Assembly: GCA_030646555.1 (NCBI GenBank)
Contig: JAUSKP010000010.1
Coordinates: forward strand, 1 to 57,499
Reading direction: 5' to 3'
Length of the DNA: 57,499 nucleotides
Source: a bacterium
Lineage (GTDB): Bacteria; Patescibacteriota; Minisyncoccia; UBA6257; 02-FULL-45-10c
Shown: piece by piece, positions 33,921-41,259 of the stretch
How the letters are laid out: each line of letters opens with the position of its first letter
How positions within the stretch are numbered: the stretch's first letter is position 1
The notes under the pieces: model-generated
Database searches by the model: none
The model's input: only the letters and a program-made list of their open reading frames with translations
What the model was told of the DNA's origin: nothing
Translations under genes and position numbers: made by a program

Positions 33921-36074
33921 TTACAGATGAGTCTCTTTGATGGCAGACTTCTTCATCAGCGGATAGTAGTTGCGGTAGTCGATGACCACCCGCGTGATGT
34001 TCTTGCCAGACTTATCAAGGAAGACTTCTGTGATGAACATTCCTATAAAAGGCAGTAAAGCATGCGTTTCGTGGAAAACATCTTCATCTTTGAGACAGGG
34101 CATCCTAATGCCTACCCTTGTGTCATAGAGAAAATATGCTGAATGGTAATGTCCGATATATACGATCTCGGGCAAACCACCGCTTTCCTTGCTTTCCCTG
34201 ACTTTCTTGAGGTGTTTTTCCACCACATTGGAGAGACAGCTTCCGGAACCGCCTTCCGGATGGACCAGTTTATGGTATATGCCGTCTACGGTCACACTTC
34301 CGACCAGATAGCCGACATACCTTATGCACTGGTTTAGCCGCATCGCAAGGGTTCTGACCATTCTCGTACCGATGGTTTTCTGGGCCCACCCGTCGTGGTT
34401 ACCCTCGATAGCATCAGTCTGAAGGATCACACTGCCCTCTTTGACGAGCTTTTCTTTGTAGCCTATTTTCCCATCAGGGAAGTTGATCATCTCTGAAACA
34501 AGCATCGGATGCTTGGGATCAACCTTCACCATGATGTCTTTAGGCCAATTGGCGACCATATAATCTCCGAGGTCGTCCAAAGAAACGCAGCCGGGTCTCA
34601 TGTCGTAGAGATGTCCTCTGTAACCGGTAGAACCGGCTCCTTCAGGGATGTCTCCCGCATTATAAACCCTTCTGCACCTCGCCTTGGCAGCATCCTCATA
34701 TGCTTTCCTAAGGATGGCAGGATTGTCCTTGTTGCTTCCGAGATGGGTATCGGAGATGCCCGCTTCTTTCGTCGCCCAGACGAAGACTTCTTCACCATTG
34801 AGCGATGTCGGAGCGAACTCCTTTTTCTGCCCCACCTCCAAATGCAACTGCTTTGTGGCAGTGTCGAATTTTGCGACGCAGCCGCATTTTTTCAATTCGG
34901 CGATAATTTTATCCACCGAACCCTTGTCTTCGCCGAGCCTGCGCGCCAACTCGCCTTTGGTCAAGGTAAAACCCTCTTCCTTAAGAAACCAGTCAAGAAC
35001 TTTCTGACCTTTCTGACTGAGCTTGGCCTTAGAAGCGAGATCCGCGCCATAGCAATCGTTCGGATCGGCATATTTCTCAAGTCCGATGTGATGGAGCTTG
35101 AGACCGCCGCCTCCGAGGTCTATGGACCAGTCCTCGTTGTAATTGAGTTCGATGATGGAACAGCCGATGTACGGAGTGACCGCTTTTCTTTCCTGGCGCT
35201 TCGTCTGCAGATGCAGAGAAGGCGTGGTCACTATATACATCCCATTGTAAGTCGGGATATAGGATCTCCTGTGCGTGCCACCTATTACGAATATGTCAGG
35301 CATCGGATCATCCTTCAGCTTATCCGCCATCTTTTGAGGGCCATACGAAACGCTCATGGGAGAATTATCGTCGAAGGGAGCTGACACCTTGATGTTCACA
35401 CCCTTGACGTTAAAGGTCCTTTCGAGATCCCCGGCCATCCTGAGGTCTTCCCTCTGTTTGCAGATTGCCGAGACGGTATCGACGCCTTTCTCGTTCTTCC
35501 AGGTGAGCTCCGCTCTGCCTGAAACGATATACGTTTTAAACTTCTTGGTCTTCGGGAAATGCTTGACCACGTACTTAATGAGCTCGTCTGGATCCGTTAT
35601 TAACGCATCCGGAAGAGTTCTGGTGGTAGGCTTTCCATTAACCAAGTCGCCCGTAACGATCACGAGGTCGACGTCCTCCTTCTCGAATATATCTTTATAT
35701 ATGCCGTGAAGAAGCGATATCTGGGACTTTTTTGATCCCATACGCGGGTCTGAAATGAGACCGATCTTGAACTTCTTGTTCAAAAATGAAATCGGAATCG
35801 CTTCCGTATTCACATTCTCGCCTCTTACAAGAGTGTAAATATTTTCATCACCCTTGTTAAAGACATGGATGTTATACCCACTCTCGCCCAGCTCCTGAGC
35901 CATATCCCGAAGAGTGATCTCATCCATTTGAAGTTCCGTCTTCAAGAACAGCTCTTTGCAATCACCCTTTATCAAAAGAGCGATAAGTTTGAGAGCTTTC
36001 TCAACCTTAGTTAAGGACTTTCTTTCCGGGACTTCTCCTTTGAGCTCATCCTGCTTCTTGTCTTTGCGTTTCAT
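33921..36074 (-). CDS. 717-aa protein with two tandem calcineurin-like metallophosphoesterase domains (first degenerate, second intact) and helix-rich linkers
   Basis: Domain 2 motifs: ISDTHLG, NAGDIPEG, EGNHDGW, GHYH. Domain 1 motifs: ISDPRMG, TGDLVNG, SGRAE (catalytic residues replaced). Visibly higher G+C than its neighbours. Confidence 0.75.
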   Translation of the reverse strand: MKRKDKKQDELKGEVPERKSLTKVEKALKLIALLIKGDCKELFLKTELQMDEITLRDMAQELGESGYNIHVFNKGDENIYTLVRGENVNTEAIPISFLNKKFKIGLISDPRMGSKKSQISLLHGIYKDIFEKEDVDLVIVTGDLVNGKPTTRTLPDALITDPDELIKYVVKHFPKTKKFKTYIVSGRAELTWKNEKGVDTVSAICKQREDLRMAGDLERTFNVKGVNIKVSAPFDDNSPMSVSYGPQKMADKLKDDPMPDIFVIGGTHRRSYIPTYNGMYIVTTPSLHLQTKRQERKAVTPYIGCSIIELNYNEDWSIDLGGGGLKLHHIGLEKYADPNDCYGADLASKAKLSQKGQKVLDWFLKEEGFTLTKGELARRLGEDKGSVDKIIAELKKCGCVAKFDTATKQLHLEVGQKKEFAPTSLNGEEVFVWATKEAGISDTHLGSNKDNPAILRKAYEDAAKARCRRVYNAGDIPEGAGSTGYRGHLYDMRPGCVSLDDLGDYMVANWPKDIMVKVDPKHPMLVSEMINFPDGKIGYKEKLVKEGSVILQTDAIEGNHDGWAQKTIGTRMVRTLAMRLNQCIRYVGYLVGSVTVDGIYHKLVHPEGGSGSCLSNVVEKHLKKVRESKESGGLPEIVYIGHYHSAYFLYDTRVGIRMPCLKDEDVFHETHALLPFIGMFITEVFLDKSGKNITRVVIDYRNYYPLMKKSAIKETHL

Positions 36075-36264
36075 AATTGCCTCCCCATACCAATATTTTT
36101 AAATCATGCTTTTATTCAGTTTTCAACGATCTACTTATAGCTTCATTATAAAGCCCTATCAAAATATAATGCAATAGGCCGAAATGATTTACGGCCAAAT
36201 ATTTATTGAATTTAACAACTGCAGGGGTTATAATTAAAATTTACACATCAAACGCTCTTAAAAT

Positions 36265-36335
36265 GGGGGCATCGGTTAATGGCAAACCAGCGGTCTCCAA
36301 AACCGCGACTGGGGGTTCAAGTCCCTCTGCCCCCG
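36265..36335 (+). tRNA. tRNA-Trp (anticodon CCA)
   Basis: GGGGGCA/TGCCCCC acceptor, anticodon arm GCGGT-CTCCAAA-ACCGC, T-loop TTCAAGT. Confidence 0.9.
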
Positions 36336-36412
36336 CCTTCGGTCGCCGTAGCGACCTTCGGCGGGTGAAACCCGCTCTTCGTCGCGAAGGAGACCTTCGC
36401 ATAAACAAATAT

Positions 36413-36649
36413 ATGTATTACGTTTATATTTTAAATTGTTCAGATAATCATCCATATACTGGATGCACTAACGATTTAAAAGAAAGACTAAAGCGACATC
36501 GGGATAAACAAGTTCTAGCAACTGCAAATAGACTTCCTATACAGCTAATCACATATATAGCATTTAAGAATAAATACACGGCTTACAATTTTGAAAAATA
36601 TTTAAAATCTGGTTCTGGACGAGCTTTCATAAATAAACATTTAATATAA
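36413..36649 (+). CDS. small GIY-YIG nuclease-family protein (copy 1)
   Basis: MYYVYILNCSDNHPYTGCTNDLKERLKRH... shows the GIY-YIG pattern. The upstream part of the track ORF overlaps tRNA-Trp and repeats, so the start was trimmed. Confidence 0.8.
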   Translation: MYYVYILNCSDNHPYTGCTNDLKERLKRHRDKQVLATANRLPIQLITYIAFKNKYTAYNFEKYLKSGSGRAFINKHLI

Positions 36650-36660
36650 TAAATCAAAAA

Positions 36661-36680
36661 ATCCCGCAAGCTTGCGGGAT
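36661..36680. terminator. bidirectional terminator hairpin
   Basis: aaaaaATCCCGCAAGCTTGCGGGATtttt. Confidence 0.8.
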
Positions 36681-36686
36681 TTTTAT

Positions 36687-36857
36687 TTATTTCTTTATTT
36701 CTTTGTGTATCTGATGCTTTCTGCATTTCTTGCAATATTTTTTTAACTCAATTTTCCTTTCAACTAATTTTTTATTTTTACGCGTATAATAATTAATCTC
36801 TTTGCAGATCGCACATCTCAATTTTATTAAACGCTCTCCAAATTTTCCTTGTGCCAT
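36687..36857 (-). CDS. rpmG: 50S ribosomal protein L33 (56 aa, below the ORF-track cut-off)
   Basis: Hand translation gives MAQGKFGERLIKLRCAICKEINYYTRKNKKLVERKIELKKYCKKCRKHQIHKEIKK. Zinc-ribbon C..C...C..C L33 pattern. Confidence 0.85.
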   Translation of the reverse strand: MAQGKFGERLIKLRCAICKEINYYTRKNKKLVERKIELKKYCKKCRKHQIHKEIKK

Positions 36858-36876
36858 ATTTTAAAATTTAATGATT

Positions 36877-36896
36877 CCTGCCTACCGGCAGGCAGG
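36877..36896. repeat. family P palindrome
   Basis: cctgcctaccggcaggcagg. Confidence 0.8.
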
Positions 36897-36960
36897 TAAG
36901 GTTTAATGATTATAAAACAGAAAATCTTTTTTTGCAATAATAACCCCCGCATCACTACTG

Positions 36961-37032
36961 AGCCGATGGTGAGAATTGAACTCACGACCTACTCCTTACC
37001 ATGGAGTTGCTCTACCTCTGAGCTACATCGGC
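36961..37032 (-). tRNA. tRNA-Thr (anticodon GGT)
   Basis: GCCGATG/CATCGGC acceptor, anticodon arm ACTCC-ATGGTAA-GGAGT, T-arm GTGAG-TTCAATT-CTCAC. Confidence 0.9.
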
Positions 37033-37053
37033 ATCGCTAATCTTTATTAGCTG

Positions 37054-37125
37054 AGCCACCTCCCGGACTTGAACCGGGGACCTTCACTTTACAAAAGTGT
37101 TGCTCTACCGCTGAGCTAAGGTGGC
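37054..37125 (-). tRNA. tRNA-Thr (anticodon TGT)
   Basis: GCCACCT/AGGTGGC acceptor, anticodon loop TTTGTAA, T-arm CCCGG-TTCAAGT-CCGGG. Confidence 0.88.
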
Positions 37126-37216
37126 TAAACAGTAGTTAGCTACTAGCTACTAGCGACTAGAGCCTAGAAACCAACTACTAAACACTAACACTCTAACAAC
37201 TAATCACTATTCTGTG

Positions 37217-37300
37217 TGGGCAGGGAGGGATTCGAACCCCCGAAGGCATAAAGCCAACGCGTCTACAGCGCGTCGCGTTTGACCGCTTCGCTACCTGCCC
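37217..37300 (-). tRNA. tRNA-Tyr (anticodon GTA), class II with long variable arm
   Basis: GGGCAGG/CCTGCCC acceptor, anticodon arm ACGCG-CTGTAGA-CGCGT, variable arm TGGCTTTATGCCTTC, T-loop TTCGAAT. Confidence 0.9.
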
Positions 37301-37317
37301 AATTACCTACTCTCTTA

Positions 37318-37728
37318 TTATTGCTTAGTTTCTTCTCGACCAGAATTAGAATTCTCTCCACCGGAGACAGATCCCTGCCCGTCCGACAAGCGGGCGCCTT
37401 CCGAGGAAAAGATATTGGGACGCGAATCTTTTTCGCTTGGAACTATCGGCTTAAAATCACTAAGTTTCCTGGTTAAAGCGTTGTCAGTTTTCATAACAAC
37501 GATCTTAAACTTCCTTAATATCTTTTCTAATAAATTATCAAACATTAAATCAATTTTCTCAAGTGGCAATTTGGAAAAAAAATTTTCTAAAAAAGATTTC
37601 TTAGTTTGACCCAAAAAAACATTCTCGTCAATTCTGGGAATTGTTCTGGCCACTAAATAAATTATGGCAGCTAAGCTGGCCATAATTAAGAATTGAAGGG
37701 TGAAACTATACATGTCATTTTTGCCCAA
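37318..37728 (-). CDS. single-pass membrane protein of unknown function
   Basis: 136-aa ORF with one N-terminal TM helix. The low-complexity C-terminus partly overlaps the tRNA-Tyr flank, so its real extent is uncertain. Confidence 0.5.
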   Translation of the reverse strand: MGKNDMYSFTLQFLIMASLAAIIYLVARTIPRIDENVFLGQTKKSFLENFFSKLPLEKIDLMFDNLLEKILRKFKIVVMKTDNALTRKLSDFKPIVPSEKDSRPNIFSSEGARLSDGQGSVSGGENSNSGREETKQ

Positions 37729-37750
37729 GAAGGCTAGTTAATTTATTAAC

Positions 37751-37837
37751 GCAGCCTGATTGGCTGCAAAACTGAACACCCTGTTAAATGATGCCCTGCA
37801 TCAATTTTACCATTTCGGTAAAATTATTTAACAGGGT
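37751..37837. repeat. family C MITE-like element
   Basis: gcagcctgattggctgc hairpin, then aaaactgaacACCCTGTTAAAT ... ATTTAACAGGGT. Confidence 0.8.
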
Positions 37838-37896
37838 AAAGGTTTACTATCTAAACTTTGTGCGTCCTTCAGACTTCAAAGTTCAGAGTAAGCCCT

Positions 37897-38340
37897 TTAC
37901 AACTCGTATCTCATAAACCTTTCAACCACCATATTTTCTCCAATCTTGCCAATTACCTGTTTTATCACGTCGCTTATATTTTTTGACGGATCCTTAACAA
38001 ATGGCTGAGCCAAAAGGGCCTCAACATTTTCCGGATTCATAGCGGCAATATGCATAGCCAAATCGTGAGCTAGATTTTTAAAATCTTCCGTCTTGGTCAC
38101 AAAATCTGTTTCACAGCGCAATTCCAAAAGCACGCCGACGCGGCCATTGTGGATATAAGATTCTAAAACTCCCGAACCGGTCTTTCTATCGGATTTTTTT
38201 TCAGCTTTCAATAATCCTTTTTCTTGTATTATTTTTTTTGCTTCTTCAACGTCGCCCTTGGCTTCCTGTAAAGCTCTCTTGCATTCCATTATGCCGGCGC
38301 CGGTTTCTTCCCTTAACTTTTTGACATCTTCAGCGTTCAT
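37897..38340 (-). CDS. tsf: elongation factor Ts (short form)
   Basis: [22 protein letters not shown]-like N-terminus. ELRCETDFV motif. Downstream of rpsB. Confidence 0.9.
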   Translation of the reverse strand: MNAEDVKKLREETGAGIMECKRALQEAKGDVEEAKKIIQEKGLLKAEKKSDRKTGSGVLESYIHNGRVGVLLELRCETDFVTKTEDFKNLAHDLAMHIAAMNPENVEALLAQPFVKDPSKNISDVIKQVIGKIGENMVVERFMRYEL

Positions 38341-38355
38341 AATTTGCTTTAAAAA

Positions 38356-39132
38356 TTATTTCTTAACTTCTTTAACCTCAGGAATGGCGCTCTTAGCTTC
38401 GCCAACGGCTGTGGCCAGCTTTTCCATCACCCATTTAATTCCCTCTTTAGTGCGGTCATTGCACGGAATTGGAAATTCAACAATTTCAGGATTAAGATCA
38501 GTGTTCATCATGGCGATCACGGGAATTCCCATTTTCTTGCCTTCCCTAACAGCAATCATATTGTGAGTGGCGTCAACAACGAACATTGCCTGCGGCAAAA
38601 TAGCCATATTTTCCGTACCGCTGAATTTGGTATTTAATTTAACTATTTCCCTGTCAATGTCCAGTCTCTCTTTCTTGGTATATTTTTCCAATTTACCGGA
38701 AGCTTTATCGTCTTTTAACTTTTTAAAGTACGTGACTCTCTTTGAAAGAGTTTTGAAATTGGTTAATGTGCCGCCCAGCCATCTTTCAACAACATAAGGA
38801 AAACCCATTTTTTCCGCATATTCTTTAACGATCTCTTTAGCCACTGGAGTGGTGCCAACCATCATAATAAAACCGCCCTTGATCACCTTTGATTTAATAA
38901 ATTCCAAAGCTTTTTCTAAAGCATCCAAAGTCATATCCATATCAATGATCTCCATAGCATTTCTCGTGGTATGAATATACGGCTTCATTCTTGGATGGGT
39001 TTTGGACTTTCCATGTCCCATAAAAAGACCAACCCTCATCATTTCTTCGAGTACCGGCAATTTAACGGTATCAATAGGGGCTTCTTTTTCTGATTCTAAT
39101 TCTTTGATATTTGTTTCGTTTGTTTTAATCAT
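38356..39132 (-). CDS. rpsB: 30S ribosomal protein S2
   Basis: GLFMGHGKSKTHPRMKPYI and the S2 core. The track start is a TTG that is actually the -35 box, so the start was re-assigned to the ATG at 39130-39132. Confidence 0.92.
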   Translation of the reverse strand: MIKTNETNIKELESEKEAPIDTVKLPVLEEMMRVGLFMGHGKSKTHPRMKPYIHTTRNAMEIIDMDMTLDALEKALEFIKSKVIKGGFIMMVGTTPVAKEIVKEYAEKMGFPYVVERWLGGTLTNFKTLSKRVTYFKKLKDDKASGKLEKYTKKERLDIDREIVKLNTKFSGTENMAILPQAMFVVDATHNMIAVREGKKMGIPVIAMMNTDLNPEIVEFPIPCNDRTKEGIKWVMEKLATAVGEAKSAIPEVKEVKK

Positions 39133-39142
39133 ATAGATAGAA

Positions 39143-39171
39143 ATTATATACAATAATAATTTAAAAGTCAA
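39143..39171 (-). promoter_or_regulatory. sigma-70-type promoter of rpsB-tsf placed about 10 nt before the ATG
   Basis: TTGACT-17 nt-TATAAT, then ttctatctat, then ATG. Confidence 0.6.
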
Positions 39172-39175
39172 AAAT

Positions 39176-39196
39176 CCCTGCCTGCCGGTAGGCAGG
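39176..39196. repeat. family P palindrome
   Basis: ccctgcctgccggtaggcagg. Confidence 0.8.
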
Positions 39197-39216
39197 AAGG
39201 GTTAAAATTTAGGGGG

Positions 39217-39753
39217 TTAGTCATTAAAACAAACAACCTCTTCTATCTCAAAATCTTCCAGTAGTTCTTTCTGAAAAGGCCCATATTTAGGGCTCGCCTT
39301 TATTTTTTTGCCGCTTAACGCGATCGGCAGCCACTTTTTATCTGCTGGCATCATTTTTTCTAAAGGCAAATTCTCAATATCAAACCACGTTGGATTCAAC
39401 ATTTCCTCTGTTCCTTGAATTTCTCCTTGCCATTTTTTGACCAAATAAAAATGTACTTTGCAGACGAAATTCCTACCATCGCTTTTTGTATTATGAAAAT
39501 CAATTTCTGCTATCTTTTCAAGATCTTCAGGCAAAGCGATAACTCCGTTCGTTTCTTCTTTAAGTTCTCTAACAGCGGCCTCTTTCGGTTTTTCTCCGAC
39601 ATCAATACCTCCGCCATAACCATTCCAACAACCCTCCCCTATATGCCTGCCTTTGATCGCAAGAAGTATTTTATTTTCTTTCACTAAAAAACAAACAGTG
39701 GCATACGCCAATACTTTTTCTTTTTTAATATTATTTATTTTGTCTCCATTCAT
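39217..39753 (-). CDS. NUDIX hydrolase
   Basis: Nudix box GGGIDVGEKPKEAAVRELKEETNG. Confidence 0.85.
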   Translation of the reverse strand: MNGDKINNIKKEKVLAYATVCFLVKENKILLAIKGRHIGEGCWNGYGGGIDVGEKPKEAAVRELKEETNGVIALPEDLEKIAEIDFHNTKSDGRNFVCKVHFYLVKKWQGEIQGTEEMLNPTWFDIENLPLEKMMPADKKWLPIALSGKKIKASPKYGPFQKELLEDFEIEEVVCFND

Positions 39754-40393
39754 CTATTTTTTTATGATCGCCGGATAAAAGCACCTTGGGAACCGCCAGA
39801 GCTTTTGACTTTTGACCTTTGACATTCAACTTAAAGACTTCCGGCTTTGTATAAACCTTATAACTTCCCTTTATTTCTTCTAGAGATTCAAACTTTCCCA
39901 AAACGCCCGGAATAAATCTGGAAACTGCGTCAACCAAAACTCCCGCAGCCAATTCCCCGCCCGAAAGAACAAAATCCCCGATGGAGATCTCTTCATCGGC
40001 TATATATTCTGCCACCCTCTCATCTACTCCCTCATATCTTCCGCAGATCAAGATCAATTGATCATATTTTGATAATCTTTTGGCAGCCACAGAGTCAAAT
40101 TTCTTGCCACGCAAACTAAATAAAATTGTTCTGGATTTAATTTTCTTTTTTTTGTTCGCCGGCTGGCGAATTATTTTATTTACGGCTCTATCAATTACAT
40201 CCGCCTTAAGCACCATTCCTGGCCCCCCGCCATACGGAGTATCATCAACTTTATGATGCTTGTCCAAAGTAAAATCACGCAAATTATGCGCCTTAATAGA
40301 AATAAGTTTTTTAATTTGAGCGCGCTTTAAAATAGACTCATTAAAATAGGAATCCAGTATTTTAGGGAAGATTGTAATAATGTCGAATCTCAT
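39731..40393 (-). CDS. trmD: tRNA (guanine37-N1)-methyltransferase TrmD
   Basis: MRFDIITIFP, YGGGPGMV, ICGRYEGVDERV and LLSGDHKKIDEWR motifs. A short tandem-repeat insertion lies near the C-terminus (39801-39830). Confidence 0.93.
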   Translation of the reverse strand: MRFDIITIFPKILDSYFNESILKRAQIKKLISIKAHNLRDFTLDKHHKVDDTPYGGGPGMVLKADVIDRAVNKIIRQPANKKKKIKSRTILFSLRGKKFDSVAAKRLSKYDQLILICGRYEGVDERVAEYIADEEISIGDFVLSGGELAAGVLVDAVSRFIPGVLGKFESLEEIKGSYKVYTKPEVFKLNVKGQKSKALAVPKVLLSGDHKKIDEWRQNK

Positions 40394-40463
40394 GATATAT
40401 ACATTATAAATTAATTAGACAAAAAAATCCCTCACTGGATGGTAAGGGATCTTTTATTTGATT

Positions 40464-40784
40464 TTATAGTTTCAAATCCGTGTCAGAGAAGGAAGACGGC
40501 GCTGGTCTTTCAGCTCTCTGAAAGGTAGAACCCTCCGGCTCTTCAATCTTGAGATTAACTCTGGCATTATTTCTAATACCAACAATTCTCAAAAGAGATC
40601 GGATCGCGCTTGCGGTGGAACCTTGTCTGCCTACAACGAGACCCATATCCTTAGCATCCACTTTCAAAGTAAGCAAAACTCCCATCTCGTCTACTTTTCT
40701 AGTAATTTCCACTTTGTCCGGATTCTCAACTATAGACTTAACGAGAAATTCCAAAAAAGCCTGATCGTTTGTGTTGTTGTCCAT
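40464..40784 (-). CDS. KH-domain RNA-binding protein (YlqC/UPF0109-like)
   Basis: GLVVGRQGSTASAIRSLLRIVG KH motif. Position between rpsP and trmD. Confidence 0.8.
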   Translation of the reverse strand: MDNNTNDQAFLEFLVKSIVENPDKVEITRKVDEMGVLLTLKVDAKDMGLVVGRQGSTASAIRSLLRIVGIRNNARVNLKIEEPEGSTFQRAERPAPSSFSDTDLKL

Positions 40785-40829
40785 TTCTGCAAATCTTTTT
40801 AACTCTGGCGACCTTTCTTTATTTAAATT

Positions 40830-41144
40830 TTATTTAGCGGTTGGAGCAGGAGCGGCAGCTTTTTCTTCCACTTTCTTTTTAGCCTTTTTATGAGCTGCCA
40901 TCTTTTTACCGTCAATCACTTTGGCATTAACCAATAAATTATTAGTCGTTGCTGATAATTTAGCGCCAACTCCCAACCAATAGGAAATTCTTTCCTTATT
41001 AAATCCATTTGTGCCCTTTTGTGGATCGTACCAGCCCAAACTTTCTAATTGTTTACCTAAAAGCTTGCTTCTTTTTTCGCCGACAACCAACCTGTAATAA
41101 GGCTGATGCTTTTTTCCGTGGCGTTGTAGTCTAATCATTAACAT
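40830..41144 (-). CDS. rpsP: 30S ribosomal protein S16
   Basis: IRLQRHGKKHQPYYRLVV is a canonical S16 N-terminus. Confidence 0.93.
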   Translation of the reverse strand: MLMIRLQRHGKKHQPYYRLVVGEKRSKLLGKQLESLGWYDPQKGTNGFNKERISYWLGVGAKLSATTNNLLVNAKVIDGKKMAAHKKAKKKVEEKAAAPAPTAK

Positions 41145-41259
41145 AGGTAGTATTCTATATAAAAAAAATTAAATCGTCAAATCCCCTAAATCAAATTTGT
41201 GTGCAAATTTGATCGGGCGAACATCCGTCAATTGACGGATGTTTTAGCCAAATATATAA

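Noticed and set aside
34509-35384. 291-aa plus-strand ORF, with further long antisense ORFs at 34684-35007 and 35356-35709
   Set aside because: It lies entirely antisense to the 717-aa metallophosphoesterase gene, which has clear catalytic motifs. Long stop-free antisense frames are expected in this locally G+C-richer segment. There is no RBS or motif.
31708-36074. Treating AAA+ ATPase, pcm and the tandem metallophosphoesterase as one operon-encoded system
   Set aside because: Each gene is followed by its own strong rho-independent terminator (31675-31701, about 33085-33110, 33885-33915). Only the 717-aa gene is compositionally atypical. A functional link remains a hypothesis and is not asserted.
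36206-36412. N-terminal 69 codons of the ORF-track 147-aa ORF
   Set aside because: This part overlaps tRNA-Trp (36265-36335) and GC-rich repeats. The GIY-YIG domain starts at the internal ATG at 36413.
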